Of a stretch of 64,000 nt of DNA, positions 43,609-53,618 are shown in pieces. Positions within the stretch are counted from its first letter, which is position 1, and each line of letters begins with the position of its first letter. The position numbers and the translations under genes are program-made. Location: the sequence record OQ992558.1; one strand, 5' to 3'. Under the pieces are notes generated by a model. The model was not told where the DNA came from and did no database searches. It saw nothing but the letters and a program-made list of their open reading frames with translations. Origin of the DNA: Escherichia phage L14.

Positions 43609-43872
43609 TCATAGTTCAATCTCAACGATTTTCATTTCATTACTATTAATAGCCTCTTTAAGACTATCTGAAAGAATTACATTCCAGTGGTCATTCATAT
43701 GACCATTAACTAAGCGTGTAATTTCTTCAGGAGTTGAAAAATAAGGCTGATCGGACTCCCAATGCGATAATCCTAAGCGAGTATAAATCATACCTTCATC
43801 ATCGCTAGAATATTCAACTGACACAAACTCATCAGTTATTTTATGCTTAGCATAATAAAATTTAAATTTCAT
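43609..43872 (-). CDS. hypothetical protein (87 aa)
   Basis: internal ATG with GGAG RBS; ORF-track 5-prime extension overlaps an early promoter. Confidence 0.5.
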   Translation of the reverse strand: MKFKFYYAKHKITDEFVSVEYSSDDEGMIYTRLGLSHWESDQPYFSTPEEITRLVNGHMNDHWNVILSDSLKEAINSNEMKIVEIEL

Positions 43873-43906
43873 TTTACTCTCCAAATCCGTATCAGTTGAT
43901 AGTTGT

Positions 43907-43936
43907 ATAGTACCACGGTCCTTGTGGTATGTAAAC
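43907..43936 (-). promoter_or_regulatory. T4-type early promoter
   Basis: minus strand GTTTAC-18nt-TGGTACTAT. Confidence 0.5.
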
Positions 43937-43952
43937 CGTTTTGTGAAAATTT

Positions 43953-44510
43953 TTAAATGGAAAGATACCATCCGTTGTAGTTGCTTTTTCTTACAACCTT
44001 ACGAAGGTCTTCTCTATCACCGATGAACTTCGGAGTGTACTGGATGACACCTGGGTGAATTTCTTTAGTGTTGAATATAATTATACAGTCAGCGACCTGA
44101 TGATTCAGAATGGGCCCTAGATTTATTCCAGAACCGTATGGATACTCTCCGCTGCATCCTGTTGTTACAGAAATCCAACGTGAGTCAGTTTGATGTGTCT
44201 TAACTTCTACACGAAGCCCACAGTATCTTGGATGTGCTAAAACATCCCATGCATATGTATACGGATCATCGACATCTTCTTGGCCTTTATTGACATATCC
44301 GCTTAGCCAATCTGCCACAAAAAACTCTGCGTACACAGCGATACGACATCTTTCGATAACTTCTGCCTTATCCTGATTTGGGTTTTGTTTTAAAGAGTAT
44401 CTTGCAGTATCAGCAATTTTGACCTTCATTTCACTAGTCAAGTCACTGTTCGATAGGGTAAATGTCGGAATCTGAAATAGTCTCTGTAAACCCGGATTCG
44501 TTTTCTGCAT
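43953..44510 (-). CDS. denB: endonuclease IV (cytosine-DNA specific)
   Basis: 185 aa, size and position match T4 denB; AGGAAAG RBS; sequence recall moderate. Confidence 0.7.
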   Translation of the reverse strand: MQKTNPGLQRLFQIPTFTLSNSDLTSEMKVKIADTARYSLKQNPNQDKAEVIERCRIAVYAEFFVADWLSGYVNKGQEDVDDPYTYAWDVLAHPRYCGLRVEVKTHQTDSRWISVTTGCSGEYPYGSGINLGPILNHQVADCIIIFNTKEIHPGVIQYTPKFIGDREDLRKVVRKSNYNGWYLSI

Positions 44511-44772
44511 TTAGACTTTCCTTTTTACCGCTGAGATAAGCGTTATATACTTTAAGAGTGCCGTAATAAATTCGGTCATTTTCATCTAAAGACTCACGGT
44601 CAAGTTCATCGAGTTCCTTTTTATCCATGACTATAACATCATTGCAGTAAAGAAACCCAAGTTTTTCGTGACCAAACTCAAATTTATTGCAGTACACAAT
44701 ATTAGCGTGATGATTTCCGTGTAGATTAATCTCTTTTATGTCGGAATCACCGATATTCATACAATAAATCAT
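44443..44772 (-). CDS. hypothetical protein (109 aa)
   Basis: coding-strand ORF with AAGGAAAAATT-ATG; overlaps denB start by 68 nt. Confidence 0.45.
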   Translation of the reverse strand: MIYCMNIGDSDIKEINLHGNHHANIVYCNKFEFGHEKLGFLYCNDVIVMDKKELDELDRESLDENDRIYYGTLKVYNAYLSGKKESLNAENESGFTETISDSDIYPIEQ

Positions 44773-44810
44773 AATTTTTCCTTAAAACAAAAGGGCCGAA
44801 GCCCCTTATT

Positions 44811-45005
44811 TTATTTGAATTGTGCAATTCTTTTTTCTAAACAATCTGCGTAAGATTTCATTGAGATGAACTGTGAAAGCAGTAATTCTTGCTCAACTTC
44901 ATTAATCGTTAGAAACTTTGTGCTTTCTAAAAATTTGCTCAGTGCATTAATTTTGAGCATTAATTGATCGTATTCTTCTTTTACTCGTGCTTGATAACCT
45001 AACAT
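44811..45005 (-). CDS. hypothetical protein (64 aa)
   Basis: coding-strand ORF flanked by two C(UUCG)G hairpins. Confidence 0.5.
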   Translation of the reverse strand: MLGYQARVKEEYDQLMLKINALSKFLESTKFLTINEVEQELLLSQFISMKSYADCLEKRIAQFK

Positions 45006-45033
45006 AATTTTCCTTAGTTAAGGGCCGAAGCCC

Positions 45034-45972
45034 TTATTTAAATTGTTCAGTAACGTCTTCAACTACTTCGTATTGGCAGGTACGCATTTTAGCATCGTTG
45101 TAATCAATCGGAATTGATACTACATCACGCGGATGCACTTTAACTTTTACAACTCGACTGGTTGAACTGCCAAAGTGACGAATATAAGATTTAGAACACA
45201 CATGCAGACCACGAGAACAAGTTTGTGTATCATCGTCATTCACACGAGTACGTGGCATTTTAACTACTTTACCAGGACTGTTATCAAAAGTATTTGAATG
45301 ACAGTCAAAGTAATTGCTGCGAACTACTTTCCAAGCATAGAAGTAACCATCTTCTGTAATTTCAATATCGTTTGCTACCAAGAAATCAAAGAGTCGAGAT
45401 ACCGCTTTTTGGCTTGGGTTTTCCAACAGATTTTCCAAGAACGGAAAATAAAATTCAAAGTTTTCGCCTTTTTCCATCGAATCGAGAATACGATCAACTA
45501 AACCAGACCGCAATTCAATATTTTGATAGAACAAGCTTCCACCTTCAATTCGAACATCACCGGAAATATATTTTTCAACGGCGCGACGAACGTTAATTTT
45601 TTGCGCCGCTTCTTCCAATTTATCTGTAACAAGCAGATTAAGAATTTCCTGGAAGTTTGAATGAGTATTAGGAGTTGCGTTATAAGTTACACCGTCAACA
45701 GTAATTGAAATGAATTTTTTAGATGCATTCCAAATAATGTCAGATTTAGCAACTGGAGCAATAACTGCATCGCTATTAACTTTAACTGTAATGTCACCGC
45801 TAATAGTAACTTTAGAGCGTTCTGCTTCTTCAGCATTTTTCAAAACACGACGGATTGTGTCAACCGATACACCTTGCCAATCAGCCAATTCCTGCTGGGT
45901 GTAATTACCACTTGAATACAGTTTAACAATTTCAGCTTGTTCGTTTTTGGTCAGGCATTTAATATTGTACAT
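45034..45972 (-). CDS. rIIB: rIIB (rapid lysis / Rex exclusion escape)
   Basis: 312 aa, recognised as T4 rIIB. Confidence 0.9.
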   Translation of the reverse strand: MYNIKCLTKNEQAEIVKLYSSGNYTQQELADWQGVSVDTIRRVLKNAEEAERSKVTISGDITVKVNSDAVIAPVAKSDIIWNASKKFISITVDGVTYNATPNTHSNFQEILNLLVTDKLEEAAQKINVRRAVEKYISGDVRIEGGSLFYQNIELRSGLVDRILDSMEKGENFEFYFPFLENLLENPSQKAVSRLFDFLVANDIEITEDGYFYAWKVVRSNYFDCHSNTFDNSPGKVVKMPRTRVNDDDTQTCSRGLHVCSKSYIRHFGSSTSRVVKVKVHPRDVVSIPIDYNDAKMRTCQYEVVEDVTEQFK

Positions 45973-45983
45973 AATTTTCCTTA

Positions 45984-48161
45984 TTAGGCCGCAAGGGCCT
46001 TCATAGTTTTAGCGATTTGAGAAACTTCATCATCACTTAAAGAGTTGCGATATCCGATGAAGTCGGAAACAATACGGAATTTCTTGGTAAACTCAGCAAC
46101 CATTTTATCACTGTTTTTTGAAGCATTATTTGATAATACATCAAAAAGATTAGTTACTGTCCAGATATCATGACCGATGGTATCTTTTCCACCATTAAAA
46201 TATACACCGCGCAATGAACTAACTATATTAGCGAGTCGTGTATATTCTTCAGAAACTTCATCTGTACTGAAGTACTTCATCATAAAATCTAGTTCAGGAT
46301 ACTTGATAATTTTATCAATATATCGTTGAGCTGAACTTGAATAACCTACATACTTATCATAATCTACATCATCAAAAGCATCTACATATAAATCACGCAA
46401 AGCTTCAAAAATACATTGGCACTGACCGAGTTCTTTTACCTTTTTCTGTAAAAGCGGACGAATAACATAAAATTCATTAATGCCAATAAGATTAGCCATA
46501 CGAATCAAAATATTCATAGATGGATGACAAAGAGATGTAGTACCATCCATAGAGAAAATATCAGAACGATGCATATACGCTACATAACCAGTAATTTCAT
46601 CTGCTTCTGATGTGAGCGTAAACAGTTCCTCTTTTTCCCATCGCCCATCTTTAATTTCAAACTTAAATGCTGTAGCAGCTTTAGGACGAGGAGCTTTACT
46701 TTTAACTACCTTTGGAATATAGCTTTTAACTAAAGCTTCAATTTCTGACAAATAATGAATGTTAACTTCATCACTTTCAAACATCGCCATAATATCAGGA
46801 AGTAAATCAATCTGCGATTCTACTTCTGGATTAATAAACAGAAGACGCTCATTGTGATGAATATTCAAAGTGTTATTAAATTCACTATCATCTAACGCAT
46901 GTGCTAATCCACGGACAATATTAACACGATTTTTAATATTATCAATAACGATATTAATTTTTGTTGTATTAATACCGAACAGACGATAACTTGATGCAAC
47001 GGCTGAAGTTTCATGACTTTGCTTAATGCGTTTCAGTCGAGGGTCAAGATTTACTTCATACACAACTCCTGCATTGCATAGTTTACTATCAGGTTCAAAC
47101 ATGCTTTGCATCTTTTTATATGACAGATTTTTAGTCGTAAATTTGACTGAATTACTAATCATATAATCTCGAGCAGAATATCCCATCTTCATCAATTCAC
47201 GGTATGTATGACGAGGAGATGTAGATTCTTTAAATCGTTTTACATCTTCATTGAATGCCTTCTCACTAAGCTCTTTAACGCGCTCAATAATATTTTTACG
47301 AGTACGATCATCTAGTGAAAGAGCTTCGCGTGATGGAGCAATATCAAGTGAACCCATTGGAAACTTAATGTAATTCACTTCATTGCGGATGCTTAACCAG
47401 TTACGGTCTCTAATAACGCCATCGATAGGATAAACAATACCACCATAGATAGCATACAATCCACCACGATCTGGCCAATATCTTTCTGGATTTACGCCGT
47501 AATAGTCATCAAAATCCGGAAAATAATCAATTTCGCGGTCAAGACCATTAATGATAGCCAAATCTTTGAATGGTCGCATGATATAAGAAACTTCATAAGC
47601 AAAGTTTCTAAAGTCCTTTTCTTCAACTGGAACTACGATTTCAATACCAGTTTTATCATCTGGACCCATTTCTTTTACGAACGTAGGTTTAATTTGCGGA
47701 CCATCACCATCCATGTAAGCTACATAACCACGAATTTCGCCTTTATGATATGAAGTAATACTAAATGTATCAGTATAACTAAACGGAGATTTAGAACCTA
47801 AACCAAATCCACCAATGAAATCGTTAGATTCAGCCTTAGATGAACTAAAGTATGAATTATACAACCCAGGAGAATTATCATCACCTTGAATATCAAAATC
47901 GCTCATACCCGGACCAAAATCTCGGCAAACAAATCGCGGATCTAATCGTCCTGGAACTTGAATGATAAATTTTTCATGATTTCCATTGAGAGCATGGGCG
48001 TCAATCATGTTGGTAATCAATTCACGGACTACTGCGCGAATCTTGTTTGTATACAAATCAGATGACAGAATTTTAAATACTTTAGGAGATGCTGTGATGC
48101 TAAATGCTTTTGATTTAGAACCATTGCCAAGAATTGTTTCTTTTTCAGTGGTGATAATCAT
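45984..48161 (-). CDS. rIIA: rIIA (membrane-associated, GHKL-ATPase-like N-terminus)
   Basis: 725 aa, recognised as T4 rIIA. Confidence 0.93.
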   Translation of the reverse strand: MIITTEKETILGNGSKSKAFSITASPKVFKILSSDLYTNKIRAVVRELITNMIDAHALNGNHEKFIIQVPGRLDPRFVCRDFGPGMSDFDIQGDDNSPGLYNSYFSSSKAESNDFIGGFGLGSKSPFSYTDTFSITSYHKGEIRGYVAYMDGDGPQIKPTFVKEMGPDDKTGIEIVVPVEEKDFRNFAYEVSYIMRPFKDLAIINGLDREIDYFPDFDDYYGVNPERYWPDRGGLYAIYGGIVYPIDGVIRDRNWLSIRNEVNYIKFPMGSLDIAPSREALSLDDRTRKNIIERVKELSEKAFNEDVKRFKESTSPRHTYRELMKMGYSARDYMISNSVKFTTKNLSYKKMQSMFEPDSKLCNAGVVYEVNLDPRLKRIKQSHETSAVASSYRLFGINTTKINIVIDNIKNRVNIVRGLAHALDDSEFNNTLNIHHNERLLFINPEVESQIDLLPDIMAMFESDEVNIHYLSEIEALVKSYIPKVVKSKAPRPKAATAFKFEIKDGRWEKEELFTLTSEADEITGYVAYMHRSDIFSMDGTTSLCHPSMNILIRMANLIGINEFYVIRPLLQKKVKELGQCQCIFEALRDLYVDAFDDVDYDKYVGYSSSAQRYIDKIIKYPELDFMMKYFSTDEVSEEYTRLANIVSSLRGVYFNGGKDTIGHDIWTVTNLFDVLSNNASKNSDKMVAEFTKKFRIVSDFIGYRNSLSDDEVSQIAKTMKALAA

Positions 48162-48171
48162 AATTTCCTCA

Positions 48172-48375
48172 TTAATTCATATTACGCTTAATAACTTCAG
48201 CAACTTCTAGTAATTCATCTTTAGTTGCAGTGTCGGATTGAATTTTATCTCTAATATCTTTAAAGCGGTTTTTAAATTCTTCGGCTTCTCCCATATCGAA
48301 AAAGCGTTGAATGATTCTATATTCTCGATGAACTGCTTTATCAAAAAGTTCTAAATTTACTTTATATGATTTCAT
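48172..48375 (-). CDS. hypothetical protein (67 aa, rIIA.1 position)
   Basis: coding-strand ORF with GAGGA RBS and early promoter upstream. Confidence 0.55.
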   Translation of the reverse strand: MKSYKVNLELFDKAVHREYRIIQRFFDMGEAEEFKNRFKDIRDKIQSDTATKDELLEVAEVIKRNMN

Positions 48376-48400
48376 TTCAATATCCTCATTTGCCCAATTA

Positions 48401-48430
48401 ATTATACCACATCCTTGTGGTAAAGTAAAC
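48401..48430 (-). promoter_or_regulatory. T4-type early promoter
   Basis: minus strand GTTTAC-18nt-GGTATAAT. Confidence 0.5.
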
Positions 48431-50250
48431 TACTGGCTCATCCATTCTTTACGAAGGTCAGCATTATCTCCCATGAGCATTTCAAAAAGCTCTTTCCAGT
48501 TCTCAGGAAGTTTAACAACATCATATACTGGATTTTGAATCATCTCACGATATTCAGATTTTTCCAAAGAGCCAAGTCCTTTAATATAACGGATGCTATG
48601 TTTAGGTAGAGCATCTTTAGCACTCTCATATTCAGCGACTGTATAAAACCATTCTTGTTTTTTACCGACCTGAGCGATGATTACAGGAGTTTTGACAAAA
48701 CGAATTCTTCCTTGCTCAAACAGTTCTGGCCAATTACTAAAAAACCCGAGCAGAGAAGGATAAATGCTTCCTAGACCATCATGGTCAGCATCAGTCATAA
48801 TAGCAATATTATGATAATTCAAGTTTTCAGCTTTTTCACCGAGAACTAATCCAGTGATTGCGCAAATATCAAACAATTCTTTGTTTTTAAGCATATCAGC
48901 ATATGACATACCCCAACTGTTGAGAACTTTACCGCGCAATGGATAACCACCATGAAGTTCTTTATCACGAACATCAATAAGATATCCGATAGCAGAATCA
49001 CCCTCAGTCAAGAAAAGAGTAGTGTCAGCATCTTTACCGCAAAGATTCGCTTTAATGTGTTTATGAACCTTAGCTTTAGAAGCCTTTTTAGCTGCTTTAG
49101 TTTCTGCTGCCTTTTCTGCCGCCAATTTACGAGCCAAAGCAGCTTCAATAATTGGCATTAAAATTGCTTCATTGTTTAAAATAGCACGTGAAATCTTTTT
49201 AGCATCAAGCTGAATATGACTACGAATTTCACCAAATGGAGAAGTCAAACGCTCTTTAGTTTGAGAATCAAATCGCATGTTTTTCATATCACGAACAAAC
49301 ATAACGATAGTCAAACATTCTTTAACACGTGCTTTAGTTACATCAATTTTGAACTTACGTTTGATTTGTGGAATAAGGTCTTCACAAATATCATCCATAA
49401 CACAGTCAATGTGATGGCCACCATTCTTAGTGTGAATGTTATTGACGTATGTTAATTGACGAAAACCATCCGGTGAACGACCAACCGCAATAGAACAATT
49501 TTCTTGTTCTTGAACAATAGCATGCTCATCATATTGGCGTGCATATTTCTTAAAATTGCCCTGAACCTTTTTACCATTAAAGGTAAATTGAATATCAGGA
49601 TAAACTACTGCAAGTGTCTGGAGACGATCTAGTGTAATGTCAAGATAAACTTGGGACAGCTCATTAGTTTCAAATGACATAAAATCAGGAATGAAAGTAA
49701 CACGAGTTCCTTTCCATTTTCCAGGAATAGTTTCCCATGATTTATTTTCCATGCCATTTGAACAACGAACTACAATATTATTTTGACCATCACCAGTTTC
49801 ACCGACAAACATCACAGAAAAAATGTTTGTCAAACTAGAACCAACACCATTCATACCGCCAGTGACGCGTTCTTTATCATCACCGAAGTTACCACCTGCT
49901 TTTGGAATAGTCCATGCAGCAACAGGACCAGGAATTTCTTCACCGGTAGGTGTTTTAACCATCGCCTGCGGAATACCACGACCGTTATCTTCAACTGTTA
50001 CTTGATTGTTTTTAATAGTAACATTAATTTTATTTGCGAATTTAAACTTAGTACGAATACCTTCATCTACTGAGTTATCGATAATTTCATCAATAAGCTT
50101 AACAAGACCAGGTACATACTGAACACTTTCCCATTTACCAAACAGAAAGCGCTCATGCATTTCATTAGCAGAAGAGCCAATATACATGCCGCTACGCTTT
50201 TTGATATGTTCAATATCACTCAGAATTTTAATTTCATTCTTAATCATCAC
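48430..50250 (-). CDS. 39: DNA topoisomerase II large subunit (GyrB-like ATPase), continuous
   Basis: 606 aa single ORF spanning what T4 splits into gene 39 and gene 60. Confidence 0.93.
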   Translation of the reverse strand: MMIKNEIKILSDIEHIKKRSGMYIGSSANEMHERFLFGKWESVQYVPGLVKLIDEIIDNSVDEGIRTKFKFANKINVTIKNNQVTVEDNGRGIPQAMVKTPTGEEIPGPVAAWTIPKAGGNFGDDKERVTGGMNGVGSSLTNIFSVMFVGETGDGQNNIVVRCSNGMENKSWETIPGKWKGTRVTFIPDFMSFETNELSQVYLDITLDRLQTLAVVYPDIQFTFNGKKVQGNFKKYARQYDEHAIVQEQENCSIAVGRSPDGFRQLTYVNNIHTKNGGHHIDCVMDDICEDLIPQIKRKFKIDVTKARVKECLTIVMFVRDMKNMRFDSQTKERLTSPFGEIRSHIQLDAKKISRAILNNEAILMPIIEAALARKLAAEKAAETKAAKKASKAKVHKHIKANLCGKDADTTLFLTEGDSAIGYLIDVRDKELHGGYPLRGKVLNSWGMSYADMLKNKELFDICAITGLVLGEKAENLNYHNIAIMTDADHDGLGSIYPSLLGFFSNWPELFEQGRIRFVKTPVIIAQVGKKQEWFYTVAEYESAKDALPKHSIRYIKGLGSLEKSEYREMIQNPVYDVVKLPENWKELFEMLMGDNADLRKEWMSQ

Positions 50251-50316
50251 TTATCCTCGTTTGGTTTCGGGAATATTATACTCCGGTAATCATAAAGCTA
50301 AAGGCCCGAAGGCCTT

Positions 50317-50586
50317 TTATTTAAAACGGATAGTCGAATCCTTGAAGAATAGACCAGAACACACGGTTCCTTCTACTTTCTGCCCAGTAGGTCCAATAGC
50401 ACGAAATCCAGTATGTTGAAAATCATTTTCAGAGCAACCGAACCAGTTGTATCCAGTGATTTCAATATTAGTAAAACCACTTGAAGACAAAACTTTGGTT
50501 GCATTATCAGCATCAGTACATCCTGCTAAAGACACTGCTAATACTAATGCTGCGATAGAACGATTAATATATTTCATAGTTTTCAC
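50317..50586 (-). CDS. putative lipoprotein (89 aa)
   Basis: signal peptide plus lipobox LAGC. Confidence 0.6.
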   Translation of the reverse strand: MKTMKYINRSIAALVLAVSLAGCTDADNATKVLSSSGFTNIEITGYNWFGCSENDFQHTGFRAIGPTGQKVEGTVCSGLFFKDSTIRFK

Positions 50587-50954
50587 TTAAATTTAATGGC
50601 TTGAAGGAGACTAATAATTCTCAAGCGACTTCTTTCATCTTTAACCGTAAATGAAAGAGGGTCACCAGATTTCATAATGATAGTGCATTCAAAATCAAAA
50701 TCTTCGGGAACTTCTTCGAAGAAGTCAAATTCTTCATCATATATTAGAACATTACTCTGAAAACTGTGAAGAATTTTTCCATCATTTCCAGATGCTGTAC
50801 TAATCATTGTAACATTATTACCTTTCATATCTTCAACGATAAATTCGCTTGTAGATATTACGGCATTAATAGAACCATTCCTATAAATAGCAGAAAATAG
50901 ATATTTCTTTTCTTCACCTTCGCGAATGCGATATTTCTTACCAATTTTAAACAT
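50583..50954 (-). CDS. hypothetical protein (123 aa)
   Basis: coding-strand ORF. Confidence 0.55.
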   Translation of the reverse strand: MFKIGKKYRIREGEEKKYLFSAIYRNGSINAVISTSEFIVEDMKGNNVTMISTASGNDGKILHSFQSNVLIYDEEFDFFEEVPEDFDFECTIIMKSGDPLSFTVKDERSRLRIISLLQAIKFK

Positions 50955-50956
50955 AA

Positions 50957-51133
50957 TTACCCTTTAAGTAAGTCGTAAAAACCACCATTCACATGCTTAG
51001 GAGCGGAAACTAACCGAATAGCAACCCGATGACAATCAGGACATACATCAGTATCCCTTTCAGAAATTTTCTTGATTTTTTCGTATTCTTTTGCACAGTC
51101 TTTGGATTGACATTTATAATCATAAAGCGGCAT
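50957..51133 (-). CDS. small Zn-ribbon protein (58 aa), FmdB-like
   Basis: not in ORF track; MPLYDYKCQSKDC...CPDCH, two CxxC pairs; AAGGA RBS. Confidence 0.45.
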   Translation of the reverse strand: MPLYDYKCQSKDCAKEYEKIKKISERDTDVCPDCHRVAIRLVSAPKHVNGGFYDLLKG

Positions 51134-51135
51134 AA

Positions 51136-51549
51136 TTATTCCTTAAAGTGAGCTTTCAACATCTGATACAAAGACCATGCCTGTTCATTATTTTCAATAG
51201 TAACGTTCATGACCGGGAATTTAGATGGATCAGTTATTGTTGCAGATTCTTCCTGCTCTTCAGCTGCCTGGTATGGATTTTCAACTTCATTAAAGAATTC
51301 AGCTTCATTCGATGAAAGCCAAATAAAATCTTCATCCAAAATATCTTTACCAGAAGATAGTACTAAATTTCCAGCAAATGACATAATTTTAATAGGACGC
51401 CCAAGAGCATCCACATCTAAAATTTTAAAAGGATGCATACCTAAACGGCGTGCATAGATTCCGTTATCAGTATGGTCTTTAATAAAATTTTCTTGAGCTT
51501 GTTTATTTTTAAATTGATACCATTTATTAACTTCAAATTTAATAGCCAT
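51136..51549 (-). CDS. hypothetical protein (137 aa)
   Basis: coding-strand ORF. Confidence 0.55.
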   Translation of the reverse strand: MAIKFEVNKWYQFKNKQAQENFIKDHTDNGIYARRLGMHPFKILDVDALGRPIKIMSFAGNLVLSSGKDILDEDFIWLSSNEAEFFNEVENPYQAAEEQEESATITDPSKFPVMNVTIENNEQAWSLYQMLKAHFKE

Positions 51550-51764
51550 TAATAAATTTCCTTCCAGTAAGTTGTACCGTCTTCAGTGATTTCACGAAAT
51601 ACACCGTAAATTGGTTGTTTATCCCCAACCTTTTCATACACATAAACCGAAGTCAAGTGAGTAAACTTAGCAGTGTGTTCCTTTTGAACTACTACCAAAT
51701 CTGGATCGAATAACACATCTTCAAATTCGTCATTAGTGCAGTTCTGAACAATTTTACGTTTCAT
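51549..51764 (-). CDS. hypothetical protein (71 aa)
   Basis: coding-strand ORF. Confidence 0.5.
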   Translation of the reverse strand: MKRKIVQNCTNDEFEDVLFDPDLVVVQKEHTAKFTHLTSVYVYEKVGDKQPIYGVFREITEDGTTYWKEIY

Positions 51765-51935
51765 TACAATTTCCTCGTTAATTGAACATTGGAGCGATGC
51801 GTTTCAGAAGAGTAGCAGCACCTTTGGCAAATTTTCCATTTTATTCTCCAAGTTATTTTCTGTATCAGTAGTTGATATTGATATAGTACCATAATCAACT
51901 ACTGATGTATATAGTTTTATGAAAAAATTTAAACT

Positions 51936-52433
51936 TTATGCATAGCGAGCTTTGCTATAGTGTTTAATCCAACTTTCAGGAATGACTTTGTATGTTCCTA
52001 AAAATACTGCGTTGTACAACTTAACGCCATCTTCTACCCACTGATCGGTAATGTATGCACACATAGCGCGAGTACGGTGTTTTTGAACAACCCCTTCTTC
52101 GTCTTCGGTAAATTCAAATTCATAAGGAGCGACGAACTTAATAGCTTGACCGAGTTTCCACTTAAAGTCTACACCTACGTGCGAAGTATCAATCGTTTCA
52201 ATTCCTTTAGCAGGAACAGCTTTCAAAAACGCAGATTCAAGAAATTTCGCACGAACATAGCCAAACTGAGGTTTAGACTTTCCATCTTTAGGAATGATAC
52301 GCACTTTTACTTCAGAATCTTCATCTTTAACACCATGTTTAAGCTGAATGCTTACAATTTCAACCAATTTTCCTGCTGCTTTAGAACGGGATTTATCAGA
52401 TACACGAGCAATTTCACCAATATTAATAATCAT
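51936..52433 (-). CDS. hypothetical protein (165 aa), paralog family with 52510..53052
   Basis: shares C-terminal motif ITDQWVEDGVKLYNAVF with the next ORF. Confidence 0.55.
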   Translation of the reverse strand: MIINIGEIARVSDKSRSKAAGKLVEIVSIQLKHGVKDEDSEVKVRIIPKDGKSKPQFGYVRAKFLESAFLKAVPAKGIETIDTSHVGVDFKWKLGQAIKFVAPYEFEFTEDEEGVVQKHRTRAMCAYITDQWVEDGVKLYNAVFLGTYKVIPESWIKHYSKARYA

Positions 52434-52509
52434 AGTTATCTCTCACTTGTTAAAAAGATTTTATACTCCACGGGACCATTATACTCTGGTCCCAAGAGTT
52501 TGTAAACTA

Positions 52510-53052
52510 TTAATTCAAAATAGCTACCACTGCGCTACGAGGTACTACGCTAAAATCACCTGCATGAACAACGTTCAGGAGTTCAACGCCATCTTCAATC
52601 CACTGGTCTGTTACCCAACCACAGACCGAAATAAATGGAGTCTTGATAGCTACTGCACGAGTCAAAAGGTCAGTAGGATCGCATTCTTGGAAGAGGATAA
52701 GCTCTGCTTCAAAGACTATAGTTTTAATTACTTCATCATTATCTAAGCGATGTGCTCGAATCACGTAAGCTTTATTCTTATCATACCAATTACTTTTTGA
52801 AAAACTTTTAACCACAAACTCGCCTTCACCAAAAACACTAGTCAATGCTTTATAACCCAAATCTAGTTCAGTAGTTTTAATTTCAGTTTCAACCAGTTTG
52901 TAGATTTTGCCAATTTCGATGGTCCGAGCAGTCATAAAGGTTTCCTTAATTTCTATTGGTTTAACAAGAGTACCGTACATGCTTGCTATATCCATATCAA
53001 GCAGCTTATATACAGGATTCGGTGTGCATTCAGGATTATAATTAAATTTCAT
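52510..53052 (-). CDS. hypothetical protein (180 aa), paralog of 51936..52433
   Basis: C-terminal VTDQWIEDGVELLNVV motif. Confidence 0.55.
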   Translation of the reverse strand: MKFNYNPECTPNPVYKLLDMDIASMYGTLVKPIEIKETFMTARTIEIGKIYKLVETEIKTTELDLGYKALTSVFGEGEFVVKSFSKSNWYDKNKAYVIRAHRLDNDEVIKTIVFEAELILFQECDPTDLLTRAVAIKTPFISVCGWVTDQWIEDGVELLNVVHAGDFSVVPRSAVVAILN

Positions 53053-53054
53053 AA

Positions 53055-53555
53055 TTATCTCATTTCAATAAAATCTACAAGTTCAGCATGGGATTTGCGG
53101 AACATTACTTGGTGTCCGCCAATGATAACTTGGTCATCTGGCACTTCGTATACAGCAAGATAAAATCCTTTAGAAGATAATTCTTCACGCTCTTCTCGTG
53201 TGAACCATCTCATCATATCATATTCGCTAGCGAAAGCAAAATGATAAAGAGCTATAAACCATCCTGGAATATGATATTCTACTCCAACATAATCTTTCTT
53301 GAACTTAGTATTAATTACTATATTAGCGTTTTTAACTAATAGTTTATCTTCATGCGGTACAGGAATTCTTTTATTATCATCACTATGATGCATAAAATTA
53401 GGTCTACTATAACCTACCCGTAATAGCCACTCTTCGCTCCATGAATCCATTATACTCCTGTATGGCGTAATTTGAACGCAAAGATTTCGACGTATTGTTA
53501 TAGCGTCTTCATAATTAAGAATACTAAAAGATGATTCAACACGATAAATTTTCAT
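53055..53555 (-). CDS. hypothetical protein (166 aa)
   Basis: internal ATG with GAGGA RBS; ORF-track start is a TTG extension overlapping the promoter. Confidence 0.55.
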   Translation of the reverse strand: MKIYRVESSFSILNYEDAITIRRNLCVQITPYRSIMDSWSEEWLLRVGYSRPNFMHHSDDNKRIPVPHEDKLLVKNANIVINTKFKKDYVGVEYHIPGWFIALYHFAFASEYDMMRWFTREEREELSSKGFYLAVYEVPDDQVIIGGHQVMFRKSHAELVDFIEMR

Positions 53556-53582
53556 TTTATTATCCTCAGTAGCTATGGTGTT

Positions 53583-53612
53583 ATAATACCACAACTAACC
53601 GAGGAAGTAAAC
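53583..53612 (-). promoter_or_regulatory. T4-type early promoter
   Basis: minus strand GTTTAC-18nt-GGTATTAT. Confidence 0.5.
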
Positions 53613-53618
53613 AACTTT

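Noticed and set aside
51860-51930. Possible early promoter upstream of the 165-aa paralog
   Set aside because: The -35 and -10 candidates are at the wrong spacing and no GTTTAC box is present.
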